From Promethearchaeota archaeon (lineage in GTDB: Archaea; Asgardarchaeota; Hermodarchaeia; Hermodarchaeales; Hermodarchaeaceae): a DNA stretch of 64,000 nt. This document shows positions 47,391-57,715 of the stretch, piece after piece. The position numbers and the translations under genes are program-made. How positions within the stretch are numbered: the stretch's first letter is position 1; every line of letters starts with the position of its first letter. Below the pieces are notes generated by a model. The model was not told the DNA's origin and did no database searches. It was given only the letters and a program-made list of their open reading frames with translations. The DNA lies in the NCBI GenBank assembly GCA_048939625.1, contig JBHLPH010000002.1:64001-128000 (forward strand), written 5' to 3'.

Positions 47391-50300
47391 TTAGTCATTT
47401 TTACGTGTGGTTTCTTCGAGGGCTTTGATGACTTCTTCTTGTTCTTCTTTGGAGAGTCCACGGAGCTGTTCGACGACCGCTGCTTTTTCTTCAGCTCCAA
47501 GGGCGTCAAGGGATTGGAGTCGGGCATGGATTAGGGGATCGACGCCTTCAGGTACGGGGGTCGGTTCTACTGAAACCCGTCCAAACCGGGTGCCGTCGGC
47601 CATTTGTTCTTTGAGGTCTTCGATGAACCAGACCCGGTCCTTGGCAGGGATGCGTTTCATCTCTTCGAAGAGTTCGAGTTTCTGGTCGTGACCGAGGCCT
47701 TCGAGTTTTTCGAGTTCGGTCCAAATCATTTCGTCTTCGGCTTCCCGTTCTTCGATGGTTATGGCAGCGGGGAGCACGGTTACTCCAATGGGGAGACCGA
47801 TGGCGCCATAGGAGGGTTCGATGATGGTTTCCATGGATTCAGGACGGGTGGCAATGCGGTTGATGTCGCGGTTGGAGAGATGGGTGCTCCCGCCTTTTCC
47901 GAGGGTTATGGACATCTTGCGCATCTTGCGGACAAGCCATGGAATAGCGAAGACTCGTGTGTAGGCGAGCCAGGCAATAAGGATGATGATGCCTAGGATG
48001 GCAATAACTAAGCCGAGGCGAAGACCTGTTTGGACGAGAGGATGAAGTGTGACTGTGATACTCGTCTGGTGGGTTGCGATGGAATAAATAAGACCTGTTT
48101 CAGCGGTGAATTCCATTATATAGCTTTGTTCGATTGGAAAACTGACGGAGGGGAGTGTGTAAGTGCCATCTCCATTATCGGTCAGGATCCAACCAGTCTC
48201 ATCGGTGATACCAGGGATTATGACGGTGATTGTTGAACCAGGGATAGTTATGTTGTGATCGAGGTCCCAAAGTGTGAGGGTAAAGGTCATGGCAGTTCCT
48301 GTATAAGCGGACATGGCAGGAGGGAGGCCGCGAATTTCGGTTCGAACAAGGGTCACGGTGAGTGGGAGATTGAGTATCTGGGCGGTTTCGTAATTTTGTC
48401 GAGTCATTGTGACATCTAGGAGATAATTGGCGGGAGTGACTTGTGTCATATTCAGAATCGCGTAGTATAAGCCGTCTTCGTAGATCAGGGGACCGCTACC
48501 TTGTTGCCAGTTGAAGGACCCAAGGGCATTGAGAATTGTCTGGTTGGCATAGTCGGTGAAATTGAAATAAAGATAGAGAACATCACTGCGGGGTACAGTC
48601 CAAGGTTCTGAAATGTTCAGCCATGTGATTGTGTCGGTGTCGGGGAAATACATCCATGCATTGACAAGTTCCAGTTGTGTGGGGCGGGCTTCGATATAGA
48701 TTGTAGCTGAGCTTACCACGAATTCAAAGCTGGGTTCATTGGCAGCAAATGTGGCTGTGTATACTGCGCCAGCTGAAAAGGCAGTACTTGGAAGGGTGAC
48801 TGTATACCAGCCGAGACTGCCATTGGGTTGAAGGGTTCCTGAAAAAGGTCCCCAGAAGTATTCAATGGATGCGCCCGTGACTGGGGTGTCATTGAATAGA
48901 TTGCGGAAGTAGATGTTGATGGTGAAATTCAAACCCCAATAGACCACATAGGTGGTGGTTTCGGGTTCAAGGGCTGCTGGGAGTAAGGTTAGGACAAGGC
49001 TAATGGCACGGGATTGCGAATCCACGTTAGGTGAAGAAGCGGTAATATAAATTGTGTAAGACCCAGCTATGAGCCCAGTAGTGTCGATGGTGACGTTGTA
49101 GATACCGCCTCCAACTTCTGCATAGTTACCAGACAAAGTACCGACAGAATAGGTGACGATTGCACCGAGTACAGGTCCTCCAAGTAGGGTGCTGTAATTG
49201 ACTGGGAGACTGAAGCTAGATCCAATTGTAAAGTTTAGAGAATAGCGACCCGTGGGCACAGTATCGAGGAAGCTGGGGATTTGTTGGACATTAACAACAA
49301 TGGAGGCAAAGCTTTGGGCACAGTTGGTGCGGTTTACAAACGCAGTAATATAGTGTACGCCGATGGTACCTGTGGAGGAAGCGAACCACGTACCATAATA
49401 TCCTCCGGGTCCACTGGAGTTCATTGCAGATCCACCAACCCAGGAGAATGTGACTTCTGCATCTGAAATTGGGTCACCGAATATGGTCTCCACATAGATT
49501 TCAACCCAGAAGTTTTCGCCATAAACGATGTTTATGGGTTCTGAGACGGTGACCGTCAAATCGAGAGGCAGAGGATTAACATAAAATTGAACAATAATTT
49601 GTCGAGTATTATAGAAGGTTTTACTGACAGTGATAGTAACTGTGTGTAGCCCGACACCGACATTGTCTGTTCGAAGTGTGAGAAGATACATATCGGAGAC
49701 AAAGTAAACATCGCCCCAGTCACAAGTGACTAAAGCACCGGGGATGCTGATGCCGCCGTGATCGGTGTCATTGTAGAAGAGAGGAATGGTGGTGTTTTGG
49801 CTCCAGTAGATATTGGTAGGATTGGTAAAGTCAAGGTCGGTGAGGATTTCGCGGACAGTCACTGTTAGATAGAATTGCTGGAACTGATAACGTTCCTTGT
49901 AGATGGTGATGTTAAGCGTGTAAGATCCGAGTGCTCCGGGTCCAGTTCCGTTAAGTTCTATTTCATACCATCCACTACCAGTTTCGGTGATGGTGTAATA
50001 TCCGGCTGTCCAGTTTGCTGTGACTTCAATATAAGGAATACAGCCAGTGATTCCTACACTGTCAGTTTTTCTCGTATATTGGAGTTGGACGGTTGCATTG
50101 TCTCCCCAGGGAACGTATACCCCAGCAGCTTGAGGTGAATAGATAACCGTTTCTGCCACAATGTCGATTATAATATAACAAAAGGCATCATCATAGTGGC
50201 TTTTGCTTGCGTTGACACGAATCGTAAACTGGCCTACATCGCCTGGATCCAAGGCATTGATTTCGGCTTCCCAATACCCAGTTCCTGAGACATAATGGAA

Positions 50301-52220
50301 GGAGATTGTGCCGGTGGTCCAGTTACCCTCTACTAATGCCGGAGGTTCAAGCCAATCATCACTATCAACATCTAAATATCGGACTTTGGGGAATAGAGGT
50401 TGATCTTCGAAATAAGCTTCAATGAGAGATTCACGTGGTGTTAGGCTAGTTGCATGGCGCACGGTATAAGAGAGGCTAAATTCACCTGCTTCTGTGGAGT
50501 TGTCCCATCTTACGAAGATTTGATAGGTTCCACCGGTTGTGTTCCATCCATCATTATAAATGCTTGAGGTGTAGACCCAGCCGGCTGCCGTGGGAGTGAC
50601 CAATTCGGAGTACCAAAGCCCGCCGCCAGGTTGAAAGATAGTCACATTCGCTTGAGTGCTTGTGACTCCTGAAGGTGGATTATCTGTCCCATCGAGAATC
50701 CGTGCGGCAACTCGGGTTGTATTATCTACACGAATCGCTGAAGTTGGCGTCCAGCCGCCATCCCATATTTGGAGCTCAGCCGAATCAACATAATTATGCG
50801 ATTCTGCTTGAATCATCCAGTAGCCATCGGGACTGTTGGTGATTGTGGTAGCCGGGATAATCAGATAGCCATCACCTAGATCACCACCCGAGCATTGCCC
50901 AACTTTGTTAGTAGTGGGGAGTTGGGGTTCGGATACAAATGTGATATCCCAGTCAACGGGAATGGTGAAGTTGAAAACATCATTCCAGTATTGCGAAGGC
51001 AAGGCAAGCTGGTAGTAGAAGGTCCAGGTTGTATTCTGTCCACTCATTGCGGTAAAGCCAACGCCGACTGCAGAGGGATTCTGTGCATACACTGTTGTGG
51101 AAGTCTTATTGGCAAAAAGGTTCAAGTCACAAAGGGCCGTGACTTCGATGTCTAAGTCAGGATCTGGCGGATTCGGAGTGGGTGCCCAGACAAGGTTGGA
51201 AATCACAGGACTGGAAGTCCAGACTGTGGTGGGATATTGTCGGACAAAACCAGTCCCACGGCTGCCTTGATCCTCAACATCGAGACCATTCATCTGGAGG
51301 TTAAGTTCAGAGGGGTACACTTTGGTCTCCATGTATAGCCAAACATTATCAAAGTCAACACGCATCCAATTGTTGGAGCTGTAACCCACACTCATGGTGG
51401 AAAACATGCCGATTTCAAGTTCTACCGCGCTATTCGGGAGATCAAATAACCCGGTATCAAGAGAAAGGAAACCAGTATTGTGCCAGTTTGTATCGCCTAC
51501 AGATTGAAAGCCTTTCGCCCATACCTGTGAGCCGTTGATGCGGACATAGACGTTGAAGAGGGCGTTGCTTCCCCAGGCGCTATCGACTCGATAATCCATC
51601 TTTACAGCGACCCAAGCTAGATCTGATCGGTTAACAGTGAAAGTTTGGGTCCACCAAGTTCGATCGTTGTTATCATAACGGTAATAGGATCCATCCCATC
51701 GTCCATTCTCTTGTACTCGAACAAAGCCGTTGCCATCAATTCCGCCACTTTCCCACGTCTGAGAGAACGTATTTGCACCGCCTAGATCACTATAGCCACT
51801 TGTCCAAGAGGTGGCAGCACCGTTAAAGCTGGGGTTTAGGACCCATGTTCGATTTTCATACAAATCGTAAATGGAATAATCAAGCCGATACCCTGTCCAT
51901 CCCGGTGGAAGGACTACATCTGCAGAATCCGTACCTGGAGTCTGAGTTACACTATCATAAAGCAAATACACGCTTTGAGAGCCATCGGTCCGATTCGCGA
52001 CTTCAAGAACCGATCGGGCATTACCAACACCAGCATAATCAGGATTTGGAACAGGTGGTGTGCCTCCCGGAAGTGGAGCTTGGGAACTAGCAGTTGGAAA
52101 GGGAATGTTTGCCGGAGAAGGCAGGATAGCTTCGGGTGCGCCTAAAGCAGAAACTGGCTGGGCCAGTAATGGAAGGGCAATACAAAATAAAGCTAGAAGA
52201 ATAAGATACCGGGATTTCAT
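47391..52220 (-). CDS. Giant single-pass surface protein 3 (1609 aa)
   Basis: Signal peptide, divergent N-terminal ectodomain, Ig-like repeats, QPNGSLGWY, a TM and the shared tail. Confidence 0.9.
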   Translation of the reverse strand: MKSRYLILLALFCIALPLLAQPVSALGAPEAILPSPANIPFPTASSQAPLPGGTPPVPNPDYAGVGNARSVLEVANRTDGSQSVYLLYDSVTQTPGTDSADVVLPPGWTGYRLDYSIYDLYENRTWVLNPSFNGAATSWTSGYSDLGGANTFSQTWESGGIDGNGFVRVQENGRWDGSYYRYDNNDRTWWTQTFTVNRSDLAWVAVKMDYRVDSAWGSNALFNVYVRINGSQVWAKGFQSVGDTNWHNTGFLSLDTGLFDLPNSAVELEIGMFSTMSVGYSSNNWMRVDFDNVWLYMETKVYPSELNLQMNGLDVEDQGSRGTGFVRQYPTTVWTSSPVISNLVWAPTPNPPDPDLDIEVTALCDLNLFANKTSTTVYAQNPSAVGVGFTAMSGQNTTWTFYYQLALPSQYWNDVFNFTIPVDWDITFVSEPQLPTTNKVGQCSGGDLGDGYLIIPATTITNSPDGYWMIQAESHNYVDSAELQIWDGGWTPTSAIRVDNTTRVAARILDGTDNPPSGVTSTQANVTIFQPGGGLWYSELVTPTAAGWVYTSSIYNDGWNTTGGTYQIFVRWDNSTEAGEFSLSYTVRHATSLTPRESLIEAYFEDQPLFPKVRYLDVDSDDWLEPPALVEGNWTTGTISFHYVSGTGYWEAEINALDPGDVGQFTIRVNASKSHYDDAFCYIIIDIVAETVIYSPQAAGVYVPWGDNATVQLQYTRKTDSVGITGCIPYIEVTANWTAGYYTITETGSGWYEIELNGTGPGALGSYTLNITIYKERYQFQQFYLTVTVREILTDLDFTNPTNIYWSQNTTIPLFYNDTDHGGISIPGALVTCDWGDVYFVSDMYLLTLRTDNVGVGLHTVTITVSKTFYNTRQIIVQFYVNPLPLDLTVTVSEPINIVYGENFWVEIYVETIFGDPISDAEVTFSWVGGSAMNSSGPGGYYGTWFASSTGTIGVHYITAFVNRTNCAQSFASIVVNVQQIPSFLDTVPTGRYSLNFTIGSSFSLPVNYSTLLGGPVLGAIVTYSVGTLSGNYAEVGGGIYNVTIDTTGLIAGSYTIYITASSPNVDSQSRAISLVLTLLPAALEPETTTYVVYWGLNFTINIYFRNLFNDTPVTGASIEYFWGPFSGTLQPNGSLGWYTVTLPSTAFSAGAVYTATFAANEPSFEFVVSSATIYIEARPTQLELVNAWMYFPDTDTITWLNISEPWTVPRSDVLYLYFNFTDYANQTILNALGSFNWQQGSGPLIYEDGLYYAILNMTQVTPANYLLDVTMTRQNYETAQILNLPLTVTLVRTEIRGLPPAMSAYTGTAMTFTLTLWDLDHNITIPGSTITVIIPGITDETGWILTDNGDGTYTLPSVSFPIEQSYIMEFTAETGLIYSIATHQTSITVTLHPLVQTGLRLGLVIAILGIIILIAWLAYTRVFAIPWLVRKMRKMSITLGKGGSTHLSNRDINRIATRPESMETIIEPSYGAIGLPIGVTVLPAAITIEEREAEDEMIWTELEKLEGLGHDQKLELFEEMKRIPAKDRVWFIEDLKEQMADGTRFGRVSVEPTPVPEGVDPLIHARLQSLDALGAEEKAAVVEQLRGLSKEEQEEVIKALEETTRKND

Positions 52221-52407
52221 TTATGTGCTCACCTTTTCTCGCAGTTTTGCGGTCTCTGAGCTGGTGTAGCCACTTAGCTAGACACACGTAGGGAATTTAA
52301 ATAGATTTCCTGAAATCTTCTCTTGAAGAAACTGGCTTAAGGATAAGGTCAAGGGACGTGAGACGCTTTAAACAACAGCGCGATTCAATCCAGAAGAAGG
52401 AAGAGAG

Positions 52408-55400
52408 CTACTCTTCCTCTTCACTGGGAGTCTCGTATTGATCTTTGAGGGTTTCAAAGACTTCTTCGCGATCTTCGGGGGGTAGACTGCTAATTTGTTT
52501 AAAGAGGGTTTTCTTCTCGCGTTCACTGAGCGTGGGAATCGCATCCAGGCGAGCCTGGATGATTTGTTCCTCTGCGGTCTTATCGAGGAGCCCTTCTGGT
52601 GGGAGGGCTGGAGCACGTTTAAAACGGGTGCCGTCAGCCATCTGGTGCTTCAGGTCTTCGAGGAACCAGATGCGGTCCTTGGCAGGGATGCGTTTCATCT
52701 CTTCGAAGAGTTCCAGTTTCTGGTCTCGACCGAGACCTTCGAGTTGATCGAGTTCATGCCAGATATCAACTTCTTCGGCTTCTCGTTCATCAACTGAGAG
52801 CGCGATTGGAACGGCGCTTGTAACAAAGGCAATGTTGACGTTGCCATAGGCGTCTTCCATTATATCGCCCATTTGGTCAAGGCGATCGGATATCCGTCGC
52901 TGATCCCGACCGGAAAGTTTTGTCATCTTTCCTTTACCAAGAGTAGTTGACATTTTTCGCATTTTGCGAACCAGCCAAGGAATCGCGAACACGCGCGTAT
53001 ATGCAACCCATGCAATGAGAATGATGATACCAATCAAAGCCGCTATGAGCCCCCAAGTGATGATATTTCGGGAGAATTCGGGGACTTGGACGATAAGTTG
53101 GAGCTGGAATGTCGCTGGTGCGTAGTTCGTCTTTGAAGCCACGATATTGAGCTCCCAAACTCCTTCGAAGAGTACACTGAGCCCAATTGCTTCATAGACA
53201 CCAGGTTCGACTTCTTGCATGAGAATGGGGCCAAGAGTCACCCCGGGAATATCAAGAGTCAAAACTGCTCCCGATATGTATGTAAAGTGGGCGAGGTCAG
53301 TGAAATTAACCCGGATTCGAAAGAGGTCTCCAACATTAAGCTCATGAAAGTCAGTGTCAAGAATTGGATTAAGCAGAAATAAATCTGTAGGGATTAGAGT
53401 TACCTCGATTGTAAAACTAAGAATTGATATTTCATAATTTTGCCCTGAGAATCCCGCAGCTGCAGAGTAGGAACCTATAGGTACTGTGCTGGAATTGATG
53501 ATAACGCGGTAGAGACCATTGCCGATATATTCAATGGATTGGAAGCCTACTTGGTAACTGATTTGTGCTGTTGCATTGTGAATAAGTTGGTTCCACATTC
53601 CTGAGTAATTGAATGTGAGAATTAACAGGTCATTTATAGGCACCTGTAAGGTGCTGAAGTCAGTGATGCTATTGTTGCTGAGCCCTGCTTGATCTGCAGT
53701 GTATGCGTCGATGAGGGCAGCAGTAGTTGGTTGAGGAGCGACGTATAACAAAACTTGTGCAGTGGCATCTTCATATGCTGCAATTTGCGCGCGTATCGTA
53801 ATGGTGTATGTGCCTACCGTGATTGCTTCAACTCGGAATGTGGTGGCGTACCAGCCATCGGTTCCGTTGGGCTGAAGAATTCCGGAAAACCCAATGCCAA
53901 AGAACTGCGGTGCCGCCCCTGTAATTGGTTGATTGGTTGCCGTATCATTAAGATACACAGTAAGGGTAATTGAGTCGTTCCAAAACACACCATACGATTG
54001 GTATTCTGGGATAATCTGGACTTCGCGACCTCGAATAACAATACTAATTGAGAGGAAAGCTTGCCAGTAGTCCACGGGGGCGTTGACATCGAGTAGAATC
54101 CGGAGCTGGTATGTCTCATTGACCAAATAGCCTGCAGCATTGAAGGTAACAGAATAATTACCGGGTTCACCGCCAATAGGATTGAGAGTTCCTGAATCAA
54201 CATTGCTGTGAGTAGAGTTGGATAAAGTCCAGTTCGCGACATAGGGAATCGATGTTAAAGTTGCATCAATCGGAGCTCCGGCGACAAGGTCCCAGTACTG
54301 GACGACGAATTGGGTTGTGGTGTTGTAGCCCACTTCGATGTAGGGGATAGTGCTGGGGCGGACCAGTTGGAGTTCAGTGGGATGTTCCGTAGCCACAACC
54401 CCGATCGGCACATTAGTGCTGGTGGTATCGCTGACAGAAATAGGGGTGGTTTGGTTATGGACGCGGAATTGATTGATGTAGCGGATATTGACATCATAAA
54501 GACCAGGAAGCAGATACGTGGAAGCTGTCCCTGTTGGTAGTGTTGCATTTAAGGCAAACACTGGCTTGCCGGTTGTGGCATTATCAAGGAATATTTCTGC
54601 AAATGTAACTAGGTTGTTGTTAGTATACCAATCCACGACGTGAACGGTTGTGTCGCTGAGCTGGCAGTGTATAGTTTGTTGCCATCCACGTTGGGTAGTA
54701 TGATTTAATGTAATCTGGGTGGTGTTAACGAGAAAGGTGACTGAACCTCCATAAGTCGAAAGTAGGGTATAGTTAGAGATAATCGTGTAGAGTCCATCTT
54801 CTAATTTGAGGAATGTCACATTAGCGTTTACAGTGGGACCGCTTTGCACGAGGTCCATGGAGCTGTTGTAGATGTAGACGTTAATATTGGATATATTAGA
54901 GCCTTCGACGTCTTTAGTCGTGCAGTTTAAGATGTTGTGCCGGAATAGTTCCTGTTCTCCCAATTCAATGGTTATTGGATTATTAATTTGAAAGGTAAGT
55001 GATCGCACATCGGTATAATTTGTGCCATATGCACTGGTAAAGACGGTATAATCATAGGTGAAGGTCTCACCAGTAGGCATAATGAAGAGGTCGCCTTGAT
55101 GACCTTCACGGAGAATCTGTTCGAGCATGGTGTTATCGCCCATATTAAGCACAGCAAGTGACAGAACTTCCCAGCCCACAGGATTAACCTTGGCAATGAG
55201 ACCAAGAGTAGGGTGCTGGGTTCCATCGTAACCGGCTTCTCCCGAGTCATCATACCAAACCATCCAAGGTTCAATTGGGAAGTCTCGACGGCGCCCATCA
55301 ACCGATTCATTATATAATCCATATTTTGAGCCGATCCAAGCCTTGCGGTTTTGAACGGCATCAATTGTGCCTGGGGTACCAGACCCACAAGTGAAGGTCA

Positions 55401-56652
55401 TAATATGCGGCCAGTCACCATAATTTTTCACATGACATTGTGTGTTTTGCCATTGTGGATTCGCTGTTATTTCAAGAATCACATTTACTAGGGCACTATC
55501 ACCATGCCAATAGAAGGTATATGTAATTGTATAATTCAGGAAGCCAGCTGCGCCATTATTTCCACGATTAACAGTGTCAGATGTCTGATTACACCATGGC
55601 GAATTTTGATTACAGTAACCACCATCACTAGTAATAATTTTGATTCTTGTGAAAAGAGAGCCGTCTTCAATAATCCAAACTCCTGCTCCTGCAATCCAAG
55701 CCTCTGCAGGATTATCAGGAGCAACATTTGCTCGATTGAAAATAGTTGATCCCGATCCAGTTGTTGAATCGACGCCCTCAGGATCTAATGCGAATTCACC
55801 TAATAACATGTATTGTAGATTTGTTCCAGATCCCGTTCCGTTATTCGTGTCAAGAGCATCGGTATCACCGTAGCGTACAGCAATTAGACCACAACAGGGT
55901 CCGCCCCAGTCAGAGCCTCCACGGAGCATGTCAGTGAGGAGAATGGCAGCGTGTTCGCTTGAAGTTGCAGCGGAGCGGATGTAGACTATGTCAACATTAG
56001 TGTAGTTTGTTGAGGTCACGTCCGAGTAGACCCATGGCATGGTCGAATCGTCATTGATAGGACCGTTGGCGGGTATAGCAGTAATCTGGTCTATATATGT
56101 GGGGGCAACGGAATAATCATCATCATAGTAGATGTAAAAGACTTCTTGATGATTCAGCGTGATGTTGACCAGAAAACAGATAGTGAGTGAGTCATAGAAG
56201 GTCGTAGGGCCTGTTGTGTGAGTGGTGGTATTCCACACTTGGGAGGGTACTTCGTGCCAAGTCATGAGATCCCAGTAGGCGACGGCGATGATGTTTTCAC
56301 GGGCAACATCACCTGAAAAGGTGAGGTAAACATGAACTGGTTCCATTGTTCTGGATGCGATATCCGGTTCGATGATGGTGATTTCGCGACGATAATCGTA
56401 ATTAGTATCCCACCACTCGACGAGTGTTTCTCGACCTGTTCCTTGTGGATTGTCGGGAACGGGAGGTGCCCCAGCTTCTGAAGGAATTACGATGAGGTTG
56501 TTCTGAGGTTGAAAAGAACTAGCAATAGTGGTTGTTTCGAGTTCTGGATTTCCCTCCGCGGTAAGGGGTGTGGCGGGTATCATGGCGGGGACTGTAAATT
56601 CGAGTAAGAAGAAGATTAGAAAGAGCCCTAGGGCTAGATGTGTTTTTCGCAT
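52408..56652 (-). CDS. Giant single-pass surface protein 4 (1414 aa) with an N-terminal DUF2341-like domain
   Basis: WWDTNYDYRREITI...EVPSQVW...FYIYYD, Ig-like repeats, QPNGTDGWY, a TM and the shared tail. Confidence 0.9.
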   Translation of the reverse strand: MRKTHLALGLFLIFFLLEFTVPAMIPATPLTAEGNPELETTTIASSFQPQNNLIVIPSEAGAPPVPDNPQGTGRETLVEWWDTNYDYRREITIIEPDIASRTMEPVHVYLTFSGDVARENIIAVAYWDLMTWHEVPSQVWNTTTHTTGPTTFYDSLTICFLVNITLNHQEVFYIYYDDDYSVAPTYIDQITAIPANGPINDDSTMPWVYSDVTSTNYTNVDIVYIRSAATSSEHAAILLTDMLRGGSDWGGPCCGLIAVRYGDTDALDTNNGTGSGTNLQYMLLGEFALDPEGVDSTTGSGSTIFNRANVAPDNPAEAWIAGAGVWIIEDGSLFTRIKIITSDGGYCNQNSPWCNQTSDTVNRGNNGAAGFLNYTITYTFYWHGDSALVNVILEITANPQWQNTQCHVKNYGDWPHIMTFTCGSGTPGTIDAVQNRKAWIGSKYGLYNESVDGRRRDFPIEPWMVWYDDSGEAGYDGTQHPTLGLIAKVNPVGWEVLSLAVLNMGDNTMLEQILREGHQGDLFIMPTGETFTYDYTVFTSAYGTNYTDVRSLTFQINNPITIELGEQELFRHNILNCTTKDVEGSNISNINVYIYNSSMDLVQSGPTVNANVTFLKLEDGLYTIISNYTLLSTYGGSVTFLVNTTQITLNHTTQRGWQQTIHCQLSDTTVHVVDWYTNNNLVTFAEIFLDNATTGKPVFALNATLPTGTASTYLLPGLYDVNIRYINQFRVHNQTTPISVSDTTSTNVPIGVVATEHPTELQLVRPSTIPYIEVGYNTTTQFVVQYWDLVAGAPIDATLTSIPYVANWTLSNSTHSNVDSGTLNPIGGEPGNYSVTFNAAGYLVNETYQLRILLDVNAPVDYWQAFLSISIVIRGREVQIIPEYQSYGVFWNDSITLTVYLNDTATNQPITGAAPQFFGIGFSGILQPNGTDGWYATTFRVEAITVGTYTITIRAQIAAYEDATAQVLLYVAPQPTTAALIDAYTADQAGLSNNSITDFSTLQVPINDLLILTFNYSGMWNQLIHNATAQISYQVGFQSIEYIGNGLYRVIINSSTVPIGSYSAAAGFSGQNYEISILSFTIEVTLIPTDLFLLNPILDTDFHELNVGDLFRIRVNFTDLAHFTYISGAVLTLDIPGVTLGPILMQEVEPGVYEAIGLSVLFEGVWELNIVASKTNYAPATFQLQLIVQVPEFSRNIITWGLIAALIGIIILIAWVAYTRVFAIPWLVRKMRKMSTTLGKGKMTKLSGRDQRRISDRLDQMGDIMEDAYGNVNIAFVTSAVPIALSVDEREAEEVDIWHELDQLEGLGRDQKLELFEEMKRIPAKDRIWFLEDLKHQMADGTRFKRAPALPPEGLLDKTAEEQIIQARLDAIPTLSEREKKTLFKQISSLPPEDREEVFETLKDQYETPSEEEE

Positions 56653-56810
56653 CCCAAATCGCTCCTTAGTGGAGTGTTGACATATGTCGGTAGTGACTAG
56701 CCAGAAATTGTGCTTTAACGGTTTTGCCTTTAACTGAGATGGTTCCGTTTAACTGTGGATTCTGCGAGGTAATTTCTTCACGCGTTGGATGAATATTGGT
56801 GTGGAAAATC

Positions 56811-57575
56811 CTATTTATCCACCACTTTGGGATCACGTTTTTCGAAAAACGCTTTGATTCCTTCTTTGGCATCTTCGGTTTCAAATACTTCTCCGAAATA
56901 GCGGGCTTCCAGTTTCAAGCCATCTTCGATGGGCGTGTACAGAGCACGTTTGAGGGCTTTCTTAGCAAGTTTGATTGCCTCAAGGCCACGAGCCGCTATC
57001 CGTTCGGCAAGGTGCAGGGCAGTAGGCATGAGTTGGCTAGGGGGAACGACTTTGTAGACGAAGTTGCCCATTTCAGCAGCTGGGATGATGTCACCGGTGA
57101 AGATGAGTTCACGTGCGCGTTGGGGGTCCATCCAGCGTTGGAGGCGTTGGGTTCCACCCCATCCGGGGATAATGCCAAGTTTGATTTCGGTTTGTCCGAA
57201 GCGGGCGTTTTCAGAGGCGATGATGAAATCACACGCTTGTGAGAGTTCCATGCCACCACCGAGACAGAAACCATTAACAGCCATGATGATGACTTTGCTG
57301 TGTTGCTCTAAGAAGAGAGTAAAATCTTGACCCATTCGTGATACCTTTTCAGCACCCTTAGCGTCTAGCCCTTCGAATTGTTTGATGTTGGCACCGCCAA
57401 TGAAGAAGCGATCGCCAGCGCCGGTGATGATGATGACTTTGGTGTCATCTGAATCCAATTCCGTGAGGACTTTTTTGAGTTGGTTGAAGATCTCTTGGTT
57501 TAATGCATTTGCGGGAGGGTTGTTGATGGTGATGGTTGCTATCTGATTTTCTTTTTTGACTTCAATTTGGGACAT
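56811..57575 (-). CDS. Enoyl-CoA hydratase/isomerase (crotonase) family
   Basis: NNPPANAL, GG.ELSQACD, FGQTEIKLG.IPGWGGTQRL and EG..AF.EKR.P. Confidence 0.95.
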   Translation of the reverse strand: MSQIEVKKENQIATITINNPPANALNQEIFNQLKKVLTELDSDDTKVIIITGAGDRFFIGGANIKQFEGLDAKGAEKVSRMGQDFTLFLEQHSKVIIMAVNGFCLGGGMELSQACDFIIASENARFGQTEIKLGIIPGWGGTQRLQRWMDPQRARELIFTGDIIPAAEMGNFVYKVVPPSQLMPTALHLAERIAARGLEAIKLAKKALKRALYTPIEDGLKLEARYFGEVFETEDAKEGIKAFFEKRDPKVVDK

Positions 57576-57715
57576 GATATGTTTCTCCCGAGGGTTTCTT
57601 GATGGTTCTTACCGGTTTGAAGTTCCTTTTACTTGTTTGCCTTTTGAAATGTGATGAATAACCCTGACCTTTATAGAAGAGACCGTGGCAAAGAAGAACA
57701 AAGAGGTGGACGTTG

